Source: an uncultured Candidatus Saccharibacteria bacterium (lineage in GTDB: Bacteria > Patescibacteriota > Doudnabacteria > UBA920). From it: DNA of 64,000 nucleotides. The DNA lies in NCBI GenBank assembly GCA_964612745.1, contig CAZTCH010000001.1, positions 77,387 through 141,386 on the forward strand, read 5' to 3'. How positions within the stretch are numbered: the first letter of the stretch is position 1; each line of letters begins with the position of its first letter. The notes under the pieces are model-generated. The model was not told where the DNA came from and searched no databases. It saw only the letters and a program-made list of their open reading frames with translations. Of this stretch, positions 39,379-48,955 are shown one piece after another. The translations under genes were made by a program, and so were the position numbers.

Positions 39379-41190
39379 TTACTGTATTTCATACACTGCC
39401 AACACTGCTTGACCGAATTTGTTGCGCATTTCTGTTTGCAACTTGGCGTTGGGGTAAAATGCTTTAAACTTTTTTACATCGAACATGCTGGATTGGGTGA
39501 AGACCACTTGCATACCAGGGAGTAAGCCGTGAGGGTAGGTTGATTTGCCGCGGATAATGTCGGAAGGGGCAAGCCACGCATCTTCTGGGTCCACTTGCAT
39601 GTACGGCATGTTTTTTGGATTATCGACGCAGTTTGGTACACGGAATGCTTCGGTGCGGTCACAGGCACGTGCGCCATCTACTGTGGTGAGGTAGTCAACG
39701 GTTTGCACAGAAAACTTGTCGAGTACTAAATATGTAGTGTTTCTATCTCCATGCTTTTTCAAGTAGTCACTCACGACTGTTAAGTCACTGCGAAAAGCAA
39801 AATAATTTTCTGGGCTATGTGCTGCACCAATAAAATAGTGGGCGTACGTTTGGATAGGTACCCCAATAAAGAAACACACTGCAAGTATTTGCAAAGAAAT
39901 TTGCACTGCTCGTTCCATGCGCGGGCTGCCATGGGGGTGTTTGGTTACTACGTGCCAGACAAACGACCCAACGGTGTGCAAGCCATATGCGGTGATTATG
40001 AACACTGCAGGAATAGTCCCAATAGCTCTGAGGCCGTGGGGGATTCCTTCTGCAGTCGTAATGACCGGTAAAAGGAAAGAAACGAACCAGCCTGCCAAAA
40101 CAAAGCTTGGGTAATGTCGTTTCTGTTGGATAGGGGAGAACATGTAGCGCAGTGCATTCCAAATCACCAGTAACAACCCAAACGCAAAGAATGGGGAAAC
40201 GAGAGGGGAGAGGAAGGCAAGCCCAGAAATATTGTGTCGCCAGTTTAGGTCGCCTTCGGTAAAGTAGCCAAGAAAACTAACTCGCGTTACTTCCAGTACC
40301 GTGCCAATCAAATCACCCTTGTTCAGTTCTGGGTTAAATACGCTTACTTGGCCGCTTCTACCAATAAAGGCATCTGGGTGTGTGTAAAAATAGTGCGCTA
40401 AAGGAGTTATACAAATCGCAAAAGCAATAATTGCCAGAGCGGTCGCTTTCCAGTATGGCGAAAGAGTGGCAACGAGTCCTCGTTCTTTTAAGTGCGCAAG
40501 GAGTGGCCAAATAATGTACAAAGCAAGCAGTGGGGCGAGTACCCGATAGGCAATGTATGTGTAAAACCCAAGTGCAAAGCTTGCACCGAGCGCAATAGCA
40601 TATGCATATTGTGTTTTGCGAGGTTGGTCGCTTTGGTATGTTTTGAGGAGGAAGAGTACAGTGGCGGTAACAAAGAGCGGAATCATGTTTGCACGAAACG
40701 CAGTGCGAGAAAGTACTACATGCCATGTAGAAGTTGCCATGATAAACGTGGCGAGCAGGGCTACTATATTTGCAGATCCAACAGTTTGCTGCACTTGCTC
40801 TACCAATGTTTGTCTGCCAATTTGTACGGTGCGTTCTGCGTGTGTGTCTTCTTCTCTTCCGACTAGTTTTCTAAACAGAGCCTTTGTGACATAAAAACAA
40901 AGTACTGTGGCGCCAATGCCAACGAGGGCGGAGACGACGTGGTGCGCAAATGGGCTTCTGCCGAATAGCTTTACAGAAGCGTACAAGAAGTAAAAGAATA
41001 AAGCTTCACGACCATTGCCTCGTTCGTAAAACGGCTGGAAGAAGCCTTGGTCCATCGAGTTTATGTCTAGTCCATTTGCTGCTTCGTCAGGGAATAAACC
41101 GCCCGGAAGACTGCCAATATGGTACAGTCGAAAGAATAGAGCAAGGGCAAACGTGAGGATTGTTATGGCGAGAAATATCTTTTTATTCAT
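39379..41190 (-). CDS. GT-C fold glycosyltransferase family 39 (ArnT/PMT-like)
   Basis: N-terminal TM then a DE motif (GLFPDEAANGLD). Polytopic, 603 aa. Confidence 0.7.
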   Translation of the reverse strand: MNKKIFLAITILTFALALFFRLYHIGSLPGGLFPDEAANGLDINSMDQGFFQPFYERGNGREALFFYFLYASVKLFGRSPFAHHVVSALVGIGATVLCFYVTKALFRKLVGREEDTHAERTVQIGRQTLVEQVQQTVGSANIVALLATFIMATSTWHVVLSRTAFRANMIPLFVTATVLFLLKTYQSDQPRKTQYAYAIALGASFALGFYTYIAYRVLAPLLALYIIWPLLAHLKERGLVATLSPYWKATALAIIAFAICITPLAHYFYTHPDAFIGRSGQVSVFNPELNKGDLIGTVLEVTRVSFLGYFTEGDLNWRHNISGLAFLSPLVSPFFAFGLLLVIWNALRYMFSPIQQKRHYPSFVLAGWFVSFLLPVITTAEGIPHGLRAIGTIPAVFIITAYGLHTVGSFVWHVVTKHPHGSPRMERAVQISLQILAVCFFIGVPIQTYAHYFIGAAHSPENYFAFRSDLTVVSDYLKKHGDRNTTYLVLDKFSVQTVDYLTTVDGARACDRTEAFRVPNCVDNPKNMPYMQVDPEDAWLAPSDIIRGKSTYPHGLLPGMQVVFTQSSMFDVKKFKAFYPNAKLQTEMRNKFGQAVLAVYEIQ

Positions 41191-41228
41191 TTGCTTTTTA
41201 GTTCAATTTTTTGTATAATTATTTTTAA

Positions 41229-41570
41229 GTGACACTCATGACTCAGCATAAATACTATTTCATTTTGTTGTTTCTACTTGCCGTTGTTATACATATCATA
41301 ACATGGCTCTTAATTGTGAGTTATGCACCAACCAGTGGGCAACTCGTTCCAATCCACTACAACGTTATTAGCGGGTACGACGAACTGGGTAGCAGAGCAG
41401 ATTTATTGCAAGTACCAGTGTTTGGGATGCTCGTTGTGGTGGTGAATGCGGTCATTGCGTGGCTGTTTCGTTCAACTGGCCGGTTTGTGGGATCGCTTGC
41501 AGTAGGAGTGGCTTTAGCAGTGTCTCTGGTGTTGTTGCTCAGTACCTTGTTGCTTGTGGTACAAGCTTAA
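41229..41570 (+). CDS. Small membrane protein, unknown function
   Basis: 113 aa, 3 TM helices. tgtataatt -10 at about 41200. Confidence 0.4.
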   Translation: MTLMTQHKYYFILLFLLAVVIHIITWLLIVSYAPTSGQLVPIHYNVISGYDELGSRADLLQVPVFGMLVVVVNAVIAWLFRSTGRFVGSLAVGVALAVSLVLLLSTLLLVVQA

Positions 41571-41591
41571 TTTTGAATATATCTATATTGT

Positions 41592-43259
41592 ATGTTTCGT
41601 AAACGCACGCTCACAGAACGTTTTTGGGAAGTACTCCCTGGTTTGCAGTTTTGGTCTGCTTTTTTAGGTGCCATTGCACTTGCAAAGTACCAACCTGTTT
41701 GGGCAGCGTTATTTATTATTTGTTTTGATTTATATTGGGTGCTCAAAGCCTGCAATGTTGGCTTGCACCTGCTTTCCAGTTACCGCAAGTTTCGTGTGCA
41801 TGTAACCATCGATTGGCTTTCGGAAGTACGTGCGATAACGACAGATGTAACGTCGTACATTGCGAAGCTAACACAACAAGCAGAGACGGATACTCGCGTG
41901 GTAGCGAGGCACTACTTTGCGCATGAAGTAGAAAGACTCCAAAAGCTTCTTGCTTCGGGTAAGACGATACGGTCGTACGAAGACATCGTGCATTTGGTGT
42001 TGTTTCCTTTTGTAGACGAGTCGGTAGAAGTGTTGTCTTCGACGTTGGACGCCATGCTCGCAGTGAACTACCCGAAAGAGAAGATCTTTATTATATTGGC
42101 GAGCGAAGGACGCATGGGCGAGCCTGCGCAAGAAACAGCCCGGATACTGAGAGAAAAATACGCCAAGCACTTTGGCAATTTCTTTGTCACCGTGCACCCC
42201 GATGGTTTGGAAGGGGAAATAAAAGGGAAAAGTGCCAATGCGAGCTGGGCTGTGCAAGCAGTTATGCCAGAGTTGGAGCGTTTAGGCATAGCTGTGCCTG
42301 ACTGTATGGTGTCGAACTTCGACAGTGACACGGTGGTGCACCCACAATATTTTGCGCGCGTGACCTACGAGTTTTTGACCGCAGAAAAGCCATATCGTTC
42401 CAGCTACCAACCAATCGCTATCTACAACAACAACATTTGGGACGCACCAGCATTTATTCGGGTGATTAGCGTATCCAACTCTTTTTGGCAGTTTACTGAA
42501 AGCAGCAGGCCAGACCGATTACGTACGTTTAGCTCTCATTCCATGACGCTGCAAGCACTGGTAGAGGTTGGTTTTTGGAAAAAAGATTTGGTGAACGAAG
42601 ACGGGTTTATTTTCTGGCAATGCTACTTGCACTACGAAGGGGATTACTCCGTCGTGCCTTTGTTTATCCCTATTAGCTTGGACACCTGTTTAGCAGAGAC
42701 AACGTGGCAAACGTTTAAGAACCAGTACTTACAAAAGCGTCGTTGGGCGTACAACGTAGAGTATTACCCACACTTAATTTGGCCACTCATACGTTCGAAA
42801 GCGCCATTTTGGGATAAGTTTTTGAAGCTCTACCAGTATGTGGAAGGGAACTTTAACTGGGCAACTGCTAGTGTTTTGATTTCTACGCTCGGACTTTTAC
42901 CACTGTTCTTGGGTGGTCCAGAGTTTTTGGATAGTGTTGTGGCGTACAACTTGCCACACGTGACCCAAACGTTATTGCGCGTGTCGTTGGTGTTTATTTC
43001 TGCGAGTGTGTACGTGAACTTGGTGTTATTACCTCCACGTCCAGCAAAATATGGCCGTTTCCGCAGCGTCATGATGTACTTGCAGTGGTTGCTAGTTCCT
43101 TTTGTGTCACTTATTTTTGGAAGTATTCCTGCGATTGAAGCGCATACACGGTTAATGCTGGGTAAGTATTTAGAGTTCTGGGTGACCCCGAAAGTTCGCA
43201 AAGGGGAGAGTACAGGGTTGACCATGAAAGAAATGCAAAAAGTTGGGGAGAATAAGTAG
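41592..43259 (+). CDS. Membrane-embedded processive family 2 glycosyltransferase (cellulose/chitin synthase-like)
   Basis: Ordered motifs D, DSD (NFDSDTV), ED (NEDGF), and QKRRW (QxxRW), with flanking TM helices. Confidence 0.65.
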   Translation: MFRKRTLTERFWEVLPGLQFWSAFLGAIALAKYQPVWAALFIICFDLYWVLKACNVGLHLLSSYRKFRVHVTIDWLSEVRAITTDVTSYIAKLTQQAETDTRVVARHYFAHEVERLQKLLASGKTIRSYEDIVHLVLFPFVDESVEVLSSTLDAMLAVNYPKEKIFIILASEGRMGEPAQETARILREKYAKHFGNFFVTVHPDGLEGEIKGKSANASWAVQAVMPELERLGIAVPDCMVSNFDSDTVVHPQYFARVTYEFLTAEKPYRSSYQPIAIYNNNIWDAPAFIRVISVSNSFWQFTESSRPDRLRTFSSHSMTLQALVEVGFWKKDLVNEDGFIFWQCYLHYEGDYSVVPLFIPISLDTCLAETTWQTFKNQYLQKRRWAYNVEYYPHLIWPLIRSKAPFWDKFLKLYQYVEGNFNWATASVLISTLGLLPLFLGGPEFLDSVVAYNLPHVTQTLLRVSLVFISASVYVNLVLLPPRPAKYGRFRSVMMYLQWLLVPFVSLIFGSIPAIEAHTRLMLGKYLEFWVTPKVRKGESTGLTMKEMQKVGENK

Positions 43260-43576
43260 GGGGTAAGAGAGAATAGAGAGTAGAGGTTAGAGAATAGTAA
43301 GACAGGAATGAGGAGTTAGGAATTAGGTTGTCGTTCGACCCTGAGCTCACGGCCTAAGGGTAGGGAGTAGTAAAATAAATTCCAAATCTCAAGCACCAAA
43401 TAACAATAAATTCCAAAATCCAAAGTAAAAACTAGTAAGTCAAAACTGTAAACTTTCAATACATTTCAGTTTTGAGTTTACAGTTGCAGTTTTGCGTTTT
43501 GACCTTTCAGTTCTCAGTTTTATGCTTTTATTTAGCATTTAGCATTTAGCACTTAGCACTTAGTACTCGTTCAACT
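43260..43576. repeat. Intergenic heptamer-repeat element (purine arm, 52-bp motif variant at 43467-43522, ttagcat/ttagcac tandem)
   Basis: Direct reading. Same architecture as 39093-39378 and 44633-44930. Confidence 0.55.
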
Positions 43577-44632
43577 ATGAACTACTTACTCTATTGCGGT
43601 ATTGCATGTGTGTTGGCACTGGTGATTACGCCTTTGGTGCGTAAGCTGGCTTTTCGCCTTGGGTGCGTCGATAGACCGCAGGGCGGCAGGCATATTCACA
43701 CGAAAGAAACTGCTTTACTGGGCGGTTTAGCTGTTATCTTCTCTATGGTGTTAGCGGGTGGACTCTATGTGCTTTCTGGTAGTTTTGATTTTTCTGTGGT
43801 TCCTACCAAATTTGTGGTTGGCATTGTCACCGGCGTGTTCCTGCTAGTGTTGGGTGGATTTTTTGATGATAAATATACGCTACCCGCTCGCTACTCGTTT
43901 GTGTTTCCAGCGCTTGCTGCGGCGGCGGTAGTAGCTTCGGGGGTAGGTGTGGGGATCACTATATTGACCAACCCATTTGGTGGCGTAGTCCACTTGGGTA
44001 CTCTGTGGTTGGGTGTGCCAATCTCCGCGGTCTTCGTGTGGTTGTGGATTGTAGGTATGACGTACACCACCAAGCTACTGGACGGCTTAGATGGTTTAGC
44101 TGCAGGAGTGTCGCTCATTGGTGGTTTGGTTATGTTTGCTCTGTCACTCACAGATAAAGTTAACCAACCAGTCACGGCAACCCTGGCAATAATTTTTGTG
44201 GGGGCACTTGCTGGCTACTTGTTTTACGCGTTTAATCCTGCCTCTATCTTTTTAGGTGAAATTGGCAGCACATTTCTTGGCTTCTTTCTCGCGGTGCTCG
44301 CGGTGTTAACGGGAGCAAAAATTGCTACTGCGGTACTTGTGATGGGGATTCCGATTTTTGATGTAGCTTGGGCAATTGTCCGCAGACTCTGGCGACGACA
44401 AAATCCATTTGTGGGGGATAGAGAGCATTTGCATTTTCTGCTACTCGATGCAGGGCTTTCACAGCGACAAGCGGTGTTGGTGTTTTACGCACTTGCAGGC
44501 TTGTTTGGCTTTGTAGCAGTGTTCCTACAAAGCATGGGTAAGCTGGTGGCGCTATTTTTACTTTTGGCAGTCATGGTGGGGATTGTAGGGGCTCTGGCGA
44601 GAGTGTATAGGAAGAAGACTAGTAACGAGTAA
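43577..44632 (+). CDS. Glycosyltransferase family 4 polyprenyl-phosphate sugar-1-phosphate transferase (WecA/MraY family)
   Basis: 351 aa, 10-11 TM helices. The N-terminal pattern and conserved cytoplasmic loops match the MraY/WecA superfamily. Confidence 0.7.
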   Translation: MNYLLYCGIACVLALVITPLVRKLAFRLGCVDRPQGGRHIHTKETALLGGLAVIFSMVLAGGLYVLSGSFDFSVVPTKFVVGIVTGVFLLVLGGFFDDKYTLPARYSFVFPALAAAAVVASGVGVGITILTNPFGGVVHLGTLWLGVPISAVFVWLWIVGMTYTTKLLDGLDGLAAGVSLIGGLVMFALSLTDKVNQPVTATLAIIFVGALAGYLFYAFNPASIFLGEIGSTFLGFFLAVLAVLTGAKIATAVLVMGIPIFDVAWAIVRRLWRRQNPFVGDREHLHFLLLDAGLSQRQAVLVFYALAGLFGFVAVFLQSMGKLVALFLLLAVMVGIVGALARVYRKKTSNE

Positions 44633-44930
44633 CTAGTTGCGAGTTGCGAGAAAGATTAAGGAAAAGAGAGTAGAGAGTAGAGAATAGAGAGTAGAACTCA
44701 AAACTGTATTGCATTGAAGTTTACAGTTTTGAGTTGAAGTTTTGCGTTTTGACTTTTGAATTTTGAGTTAAGCTTGTGTTTATTTGTGCTTTTGATATTG
44801 TAATTTATTTGATATTTCGTGCTTGTTATTTGGTGCTTCTTGCAACCTACCCTCTATTTCTTCTAACTCTTCTAACTCTTCTCCTTCTAAAACTCTCCTA
44901 AAACTGGGCATTTTGGCTTACCACCCCTAA
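44633..44930. repeat. Intergenic heptamer-repeat element with the 52-bp motif (44719-44770)
   Basis: Purine arm gagagtagagaatagag, the exact 52-bp motif, a T-rich middle, and a pyrimidine arm ctctatttcttctaactcttc. Confidence 0.55.
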
Positions 44931-44931
44931 T

Positions 44932-44960
44932 TTGACATAATTTATACCAAAAGGTATAAT
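44932..44960 (+). promoter_or_regulatory. Consensus sigma70-like promoter for rplU (TTGACA, 17 nt, TATAAT)
   Basis: -35 at 44932-44937, -10 at 44955-44960. Confidence 0.55.
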
Positions 44961-45028
44961 ATTTGGGCAATTTGTTGAGGTTTTTCTCATTTTTGTTTTA
45001 CGATAAATATTTTTAAATTCCTGCATTT

Positions 45029-45334
45029 ATGATCGCTGTATTCGAAACTGGTGGAAAGCAATACTTGGTTTCCAAAGGAACAAAAGTCCAGGTGGAAAAG
45101 CTCCCGGGCGTAAAAGGTGACAAACTTGTTTTTGACAAAGTATTGTTTACTGCTGAAGGTACTGATTACTCCGTTGGCAAGCCATACATTTCTGGCGCAA
45201 GCGTAGAAGCAGAGATCTCCAAGCAGGGCCGTGGCAAAAAGATCGAAGTGCTCAAGTACAAGGCAAAGTCCAAGTACCGCCGCAAGATTGGTCATCGCCA
45301 AGCATATACTGAAGTAGAAATCACCAAGATATAA
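45029..45334 (+). CDS. rplU: 50S ribosomal protein L21
   Basis: 101 aa. MIAVFETGGKQYLVSKGTKV is a conserved L21 N-terminus. No rpmA follows. Confidence 0.9.
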   Translation: MIAVFETGGKQYLVSKGTKVQVEKLPGVKGDKLVFDKVLFTAEGTDYSVGKPYISGASVEAEISKQGRGKKIEVLKYKAKSKYRRKIGHRQAYTEVEITKI

Positions 45335-45336
45335 AA

Positions 45337-45367
45337 AAACGACTCCCTCGAGGAGTCTTTTTTTATA
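45337..45367. terminator. Bidirectional rho-independent terminator
   Basis: aaaaaacgactcc-tcgagg-agtcttttttt. Confidence 0.6.
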
Positions 45368-45529
45368 GCTTCTTAGCTTTCAGCTTCTTAGCTTACAGCT
45401 TCTCAGGCGAGCTCCTAACTCCTATCTTACTATTCTCTAACCTCTACTCTCTACTCTCTCATTCGTCATTACCCCCATCGTTACCTGTATTCCTAAAAGC
45501 TAAGAAGCTAAAAAGCTAGCAGCTAGCTT

Positions 45530-46153
45530 TTAGTATTCTCTCCGTCCTTCCATCGCGCGGGAGAGCGTAATTTCGTCTGCGTATTCTAAATCTCCACCCA
45601 TAGGAAGTCCGCGAGCGATGCGGGTAATGCTCAGGTCAGGGAATTGCGTGCGCAGCTGTTTGGAAAGGTGGAGCGCAGTTGTTTCGCCTTCGAGTGTTGG
45701 ATTTGTAGCAATGATTATTTCTGTAATAGGGGTACCGCTTTCTGCTCTGCTCGTTTCTATGCGGTGGAGTAGAGAGCGGATGTTTAGCTTGTCTGGGCCA
45801 ATTCCTTCCATAGGGTTCAGAACACCACCCAAGACGTGGAATGCCCCTTTAAAGCTCCCTGGTTTGTCTATAGCAATGGCATCCATGGATTCTTCTACAA
45901 CACACACCAGTTGCTGGTCGCGACTGGTGTTGGCGCATGTAGCGCATGTAGTGCTATCTGCCATAATGTGGCACGTGGCACAGTACTGCACCCCATCTTT
46001 CAGTCTACGGACACTTTCGGAAAACATGTCTAGTTCAACAGCGTCACGCTTTAACAGGTAAAAGACGAGGCGTTGTGCAGACTTGGGGCCAACACCGGGG
46101 AGTTTTGCAAATTCATTTATTGCTCGTTCGAGCGATTGTGGTAGGGAAGTCAT
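45530..46153 (-). CDS. recR: Recombination protein RecR
   Basis: 207 aa. HhH LPGVGPKSAQRL, C4 zinc finger CATCHIMADSTTCATC, and a Toprim domain. Confidence 0.85.
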   Translation of the reverse strand: MTSLPQSLERAINEFAKLPGVGPKSAQRLVFYLLKRDAVELDMFSESVRRLKDGVQYCATCHIMADSTTCATCANTSRDQQLVCVVEESMDAIAIDKPGSFKGAFHVLGGVLNPMEGIGPDKLNIRSLLHRIETSRAESGTPITEIIIATNPTLEGETTALHLSKQLRTQFPDLSITRIARGLPMGGDLEYADEITLSRAMEGRREY

Positions 46154-46199
46154 AATAAGAGGGCTAAGTAAAAAATGCTGAGTGCGAAGTGCTTAGTGC

Positions 46200-46562
46200 T
46201 TAGTGAATGCCGGAGATTAGCTTGTTGAGCATTTTCTGGATTTCTATGGTTAGTGGTAGTGCCTTATCGTTTGGAACTGTTGGATACATCATTTGTATAA
46301 TAAGAAGCTGAGTTTCCACTTCCGCAGCAGAAGCATCTGCAATTTTTAGGAATTGCTTAAACTCAGCTCTGCCATTTCTTTTGAAACCCTCTGCAATGTT
46401 TGAGGGTATAGAGATTGCTGCCCTTGTGATTTGAGCACTGAGAATGTATGTTTCTGTGCGAGGGAGCATATTTGTGATCTTGTAGATTTCTCTTACAAGG
46501 ACCATACCTTTTTGCCAGACAACTAAGTCTTTAAAATTGGTAATAGGCATATTTGTAATCAC
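46200..46562 (-). CDS. Four-helix-bundle protein (TIGR02436 family, as often found in rRNA intervening sequences)
   Basis: 120 aa. Motif ISIPSNIAEGFKRNGRAEFKQFLKIADASAAEVETQLLI. Confidence 0.6.
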   Translation of the reverse strand: MITNMPITNFKDLVVWQKGMVLVREIYKITNMLPRTETYILSAQITRAAISIPSNIAEGFKRNGRAEFKQFLKIADASAAEVETQLLIIQMMYPTVPNDKALPLTIEIQKMLNKLISGIH

Positions 46563-46575
46563 TAAGCACTAAGAA

Positions 46576-47985
46576 CTAAGCACTTTCTTCTGTTGGGGGC
46601 GCAGACACGCTATTCATCACCGCTTGTGGGCTGGTGTCGAACGTGCGGTCGAGGTTTTTGAAGCTCGCTTTTTCTGCGTCAAAGAACAAGTCGACTTGGC
46701 CGACTGGTCCGTTTCTATGCTTGCGAACATGGATTTCTGCTACGTTTGGTCGTCTGGAGTCGCGACCCTTGTACATGTCTTCACGGTAAATAAACATAAC
46801 GACGTCCGCATCTTGTTCAATAGATCCAGATTCACGAAGGTCAGATAGCTGTGGCACTTTGTCTGGTCTGTTTTCTACGTTACGAGACAGCTGGGAGAGT
46901 GCGAGTACTGGTACGTTTAACTCACGAGCCAGAATTTTTAAGTTACGAGAAATTTCGCTTACTTCTTGTACGCGGTTGTCGCCACCTGCGTTCTTACCTT
47001 GCATAAGCTGCAAGTAGTCAATTACCAGCAAGCTAATACCGTGCTCGCTTTGCAAACGTCTGGCTTTGGTGCGGACTTCCATAACGTTGGCACCAGCAGC
47101 ATCATCAATATAAATAGGAGCTTCGGACAGCGCACCCATAGCTTCGCCCAGAAGGCTAAAGTCGTCGTCGGTCAGGTGTCCTGTTCGAATTTTAAATAAG
47201 TTTACGCCACTCTGGGACGAGAGGAGACGGTCTACCAATTCGTCCTTACCCATTTCTAGAGAAAATATAGCTACTGGCTTTTTGCTGTGCACACCGACAT
47301 GGCGAATAATGTCCAACGCGAGGGACGTTTTACCCATGGAAGGACGAGCAGCCAAAATAACAAGGTTGGATTTTTGCAGCCCACTCAGGAGTTTGTCCAA
47401 GTCCAAAAAGCCGGTTGGGACACCACGGAGTGCGCCTGCGTCACGGTGGAGCTCGTCAATTCGCTCAAACGTTTCGTGCAAAATAGTATTAATTGCAACA
47501 AAGTTTTGCTTTAAGTGTTTTTGCGAAACGCCATACAACCGTTGTTCTGCTGTGTCTAAAATGTCTTCTACTTCACCTTCTTCGCGGTAGGCGAGTCGGG
47601 TAATTTCTGTGGCGCTATCTATCAGTCTTCTGAGTGTTCCTTTTTTTCTGACAATGCCAGCGTAGTGCACCACGTGAGCAGAGGTTGGCACGGCATTTAC
47701 CAGACTGGTGATGTAGCCAGCGCCACCAGCACGTTCCAAAAGTCCTTGCTCTTCCAGCAAGTTAGACACGGTCAAGATGTCTATGGAAATGCTTTTTTCG
47801 AACAAATCTAAAATGGCACCGTACACCGTTCTGTGCCGTACATCGTAAAAATCTTCTTGAATAACTAAATCCGCCACTTTAATAATGGCGTCTTTGTCGA
47901 GCATTAAACAACCCAAAACAGATTGCTCTGCTTCGAGGTTTTGTGGGGGGAGTTTGTCCAGTGCGGAAATGGTGACTTGGTTCAT
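46576..47985 (-). CDS. dnaB: Replicative DNA helicase DnaB
   Basis: 469 aa. Walker A ARPSMGKTS and conserved DnaB N-terminal and C-terminal domains. Confidence 0.9.
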   Translation of the reverse strand: MNQVTISALDKLPPQNLEAEQSVLGCLMLDKDAIIKVADLVIQEDFYDVRHRTVYGAILDLFEKSISIDILTVSNLLEEQGLLERAGGAGYITSLVNAVPTSAHVVHYAGIVRKKGTLRRLIDSATEITRLAYREEGEVEDILDTAEQRLYGVSQKHLKQNFVAINTILHETFERIDELHRDAGALRGVPTGFLDLDKLLSGLQKSNLVILAARPSMGKTSLALDIIRHVGVHSKKPVAIFSLEMGKDELVDRLLSSQSGVNLFKIRTGHLTDDDFSLLGEAMGALSEAPIYIDDAAGANVMEVRTKARRLQSEHGISLLVIDYLQLMQGKNAGGDNRVQEVSEISRNLKILARELNVPVLALSQLSRNVENRPDKVPQLSDLRESGSIEQDADVVMFIYREDMYKGRDSRRPNVAEIHVRKHRNGPVGQVDLFFDAEKASFKNLDRTFDTSPQAVMNSVSAPPTEESA

Positions 47986-48193
47986 ACGGAAGTAGTGCTA
48001 AGTGCTCAGTGCTCAGTGTCTAGTCAGGAAGAAGACGAAGGAACACTCCAGTTGTCTGTATGGATTGTAGCAATTTACCGGTAGAATAGCTATTGACTTT
48101 TGTGCACATTTTCTGCATAATACAAGAAAATGCAATGGTTTTTTTGCAAGCGCAAATAAAGCTGTTGTCCCCAAAAATCTGTGGAGGAGAATT

Positions 48194-48493
48194 ATGAGAC
48201 AAATGACAACTCGTGAGCACATCCTTTTTACTATTGTTCTTACGCTAGCTACTTACTTAATCTGCCTAGGGGTAGTCGATCTCGCTAAGCGGTATAACCT
48301 CAATATGTACGCGACTACACAAGGATGCCAGATCCAGTCACTAGTACCATTAGTATGCGCCGAGCATCCTGATGCTGCCTCTCACGGTTGCGCAAAAAAT
48401 GACGTCATTATATACCATATTTTGTGCAAAAATGGTCGAAAGGCTGTGTACAAAACTGCGAAAGATGGCTCCACTTGGAGCTGGAAAAAATAG
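48194..48493 (+). CDS. Small membrane-anchored or secreted Cys-containing protein, unknown function
   Basis: 99 aa: N-terminal TM then an extracytoplasmic domain with 6 Cys. Confidence 0.4.
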   Translation: MRQMTTREHILFTIVLTLATYLICLGVVDLAKRYNLNMYATTQGCQIQSLVPLVCAEHPDAASHGCAKNDVIIYHILCKNGRKAVYKTAKDGSTWSWKK

Positions 48494-48567
48494 CGCGGTA
48501 TTTGAACTGTGCTAACTAAAATCTCAACTCGCAAGCGTTTGCTTGCTTTTCCTTTGGAGGTCGGTTT

Positions 48568-48897
48568 ATGTCCACTGAGAGAGCTTTTATTGCATTCCTG
48601 GTCTGTTTTACGGTGGTTGCGTGTGGTTGCGTGATGGCGCTTTTATTTGTAACCCCGAGGACTGATCCTTCACCCGTGCCGGCTTACCGCTCAGAGCTGG
48701 AGCTAAAAATGAAGCCTAAAGGCTATGCTCCGGTTACTATTGTTATTCACCAATGCCCTGCTAGTCAGGACTGTGAGCCGGGTGACAGGTTGTGGATTGA
48801 AGGACGCACAGCTGGCGCAGACTGTTATTCTATTCACGCCTCAATCAAGACTGGACTGGAAGGCAGGGAGGTCAAAATTTTTCCTTGCAAAAAATGA
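48568..48897 (+). CDS. Small membrane-anchored or secreted Cys-rich protein, unknown function
   Basis: 109 aa: N-terminal TM, 7 Cys. RBS tggaggtcgg. Confidence 0.4.
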   Translation: MSTERAFIAFLVCFTVVACGCVMALLFVTPRTDPSPVPAYRSELELKMKPKGYAPVTIVIHQCPASQDCEPGDRLWIEGRTAGADCYSIHASIKTGLEGREVKIFPCKK

Positions 48898-48908
48898 TTG
48901 CAGCTCTC

Positions 48909-48955
48909 GAAAGCTTGTGTTTGTACATTGTACGGACACAAGCTTTCTTTTTAAT
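48909..48955 (+). terminator. Rho-independent terminator (11-bp stem with internal tgtacattgtaca palindrome, then T-run)
   Basis: gaaagcttgtg ... cacaagctttc then tttttaatt. Confidence 0.45.
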
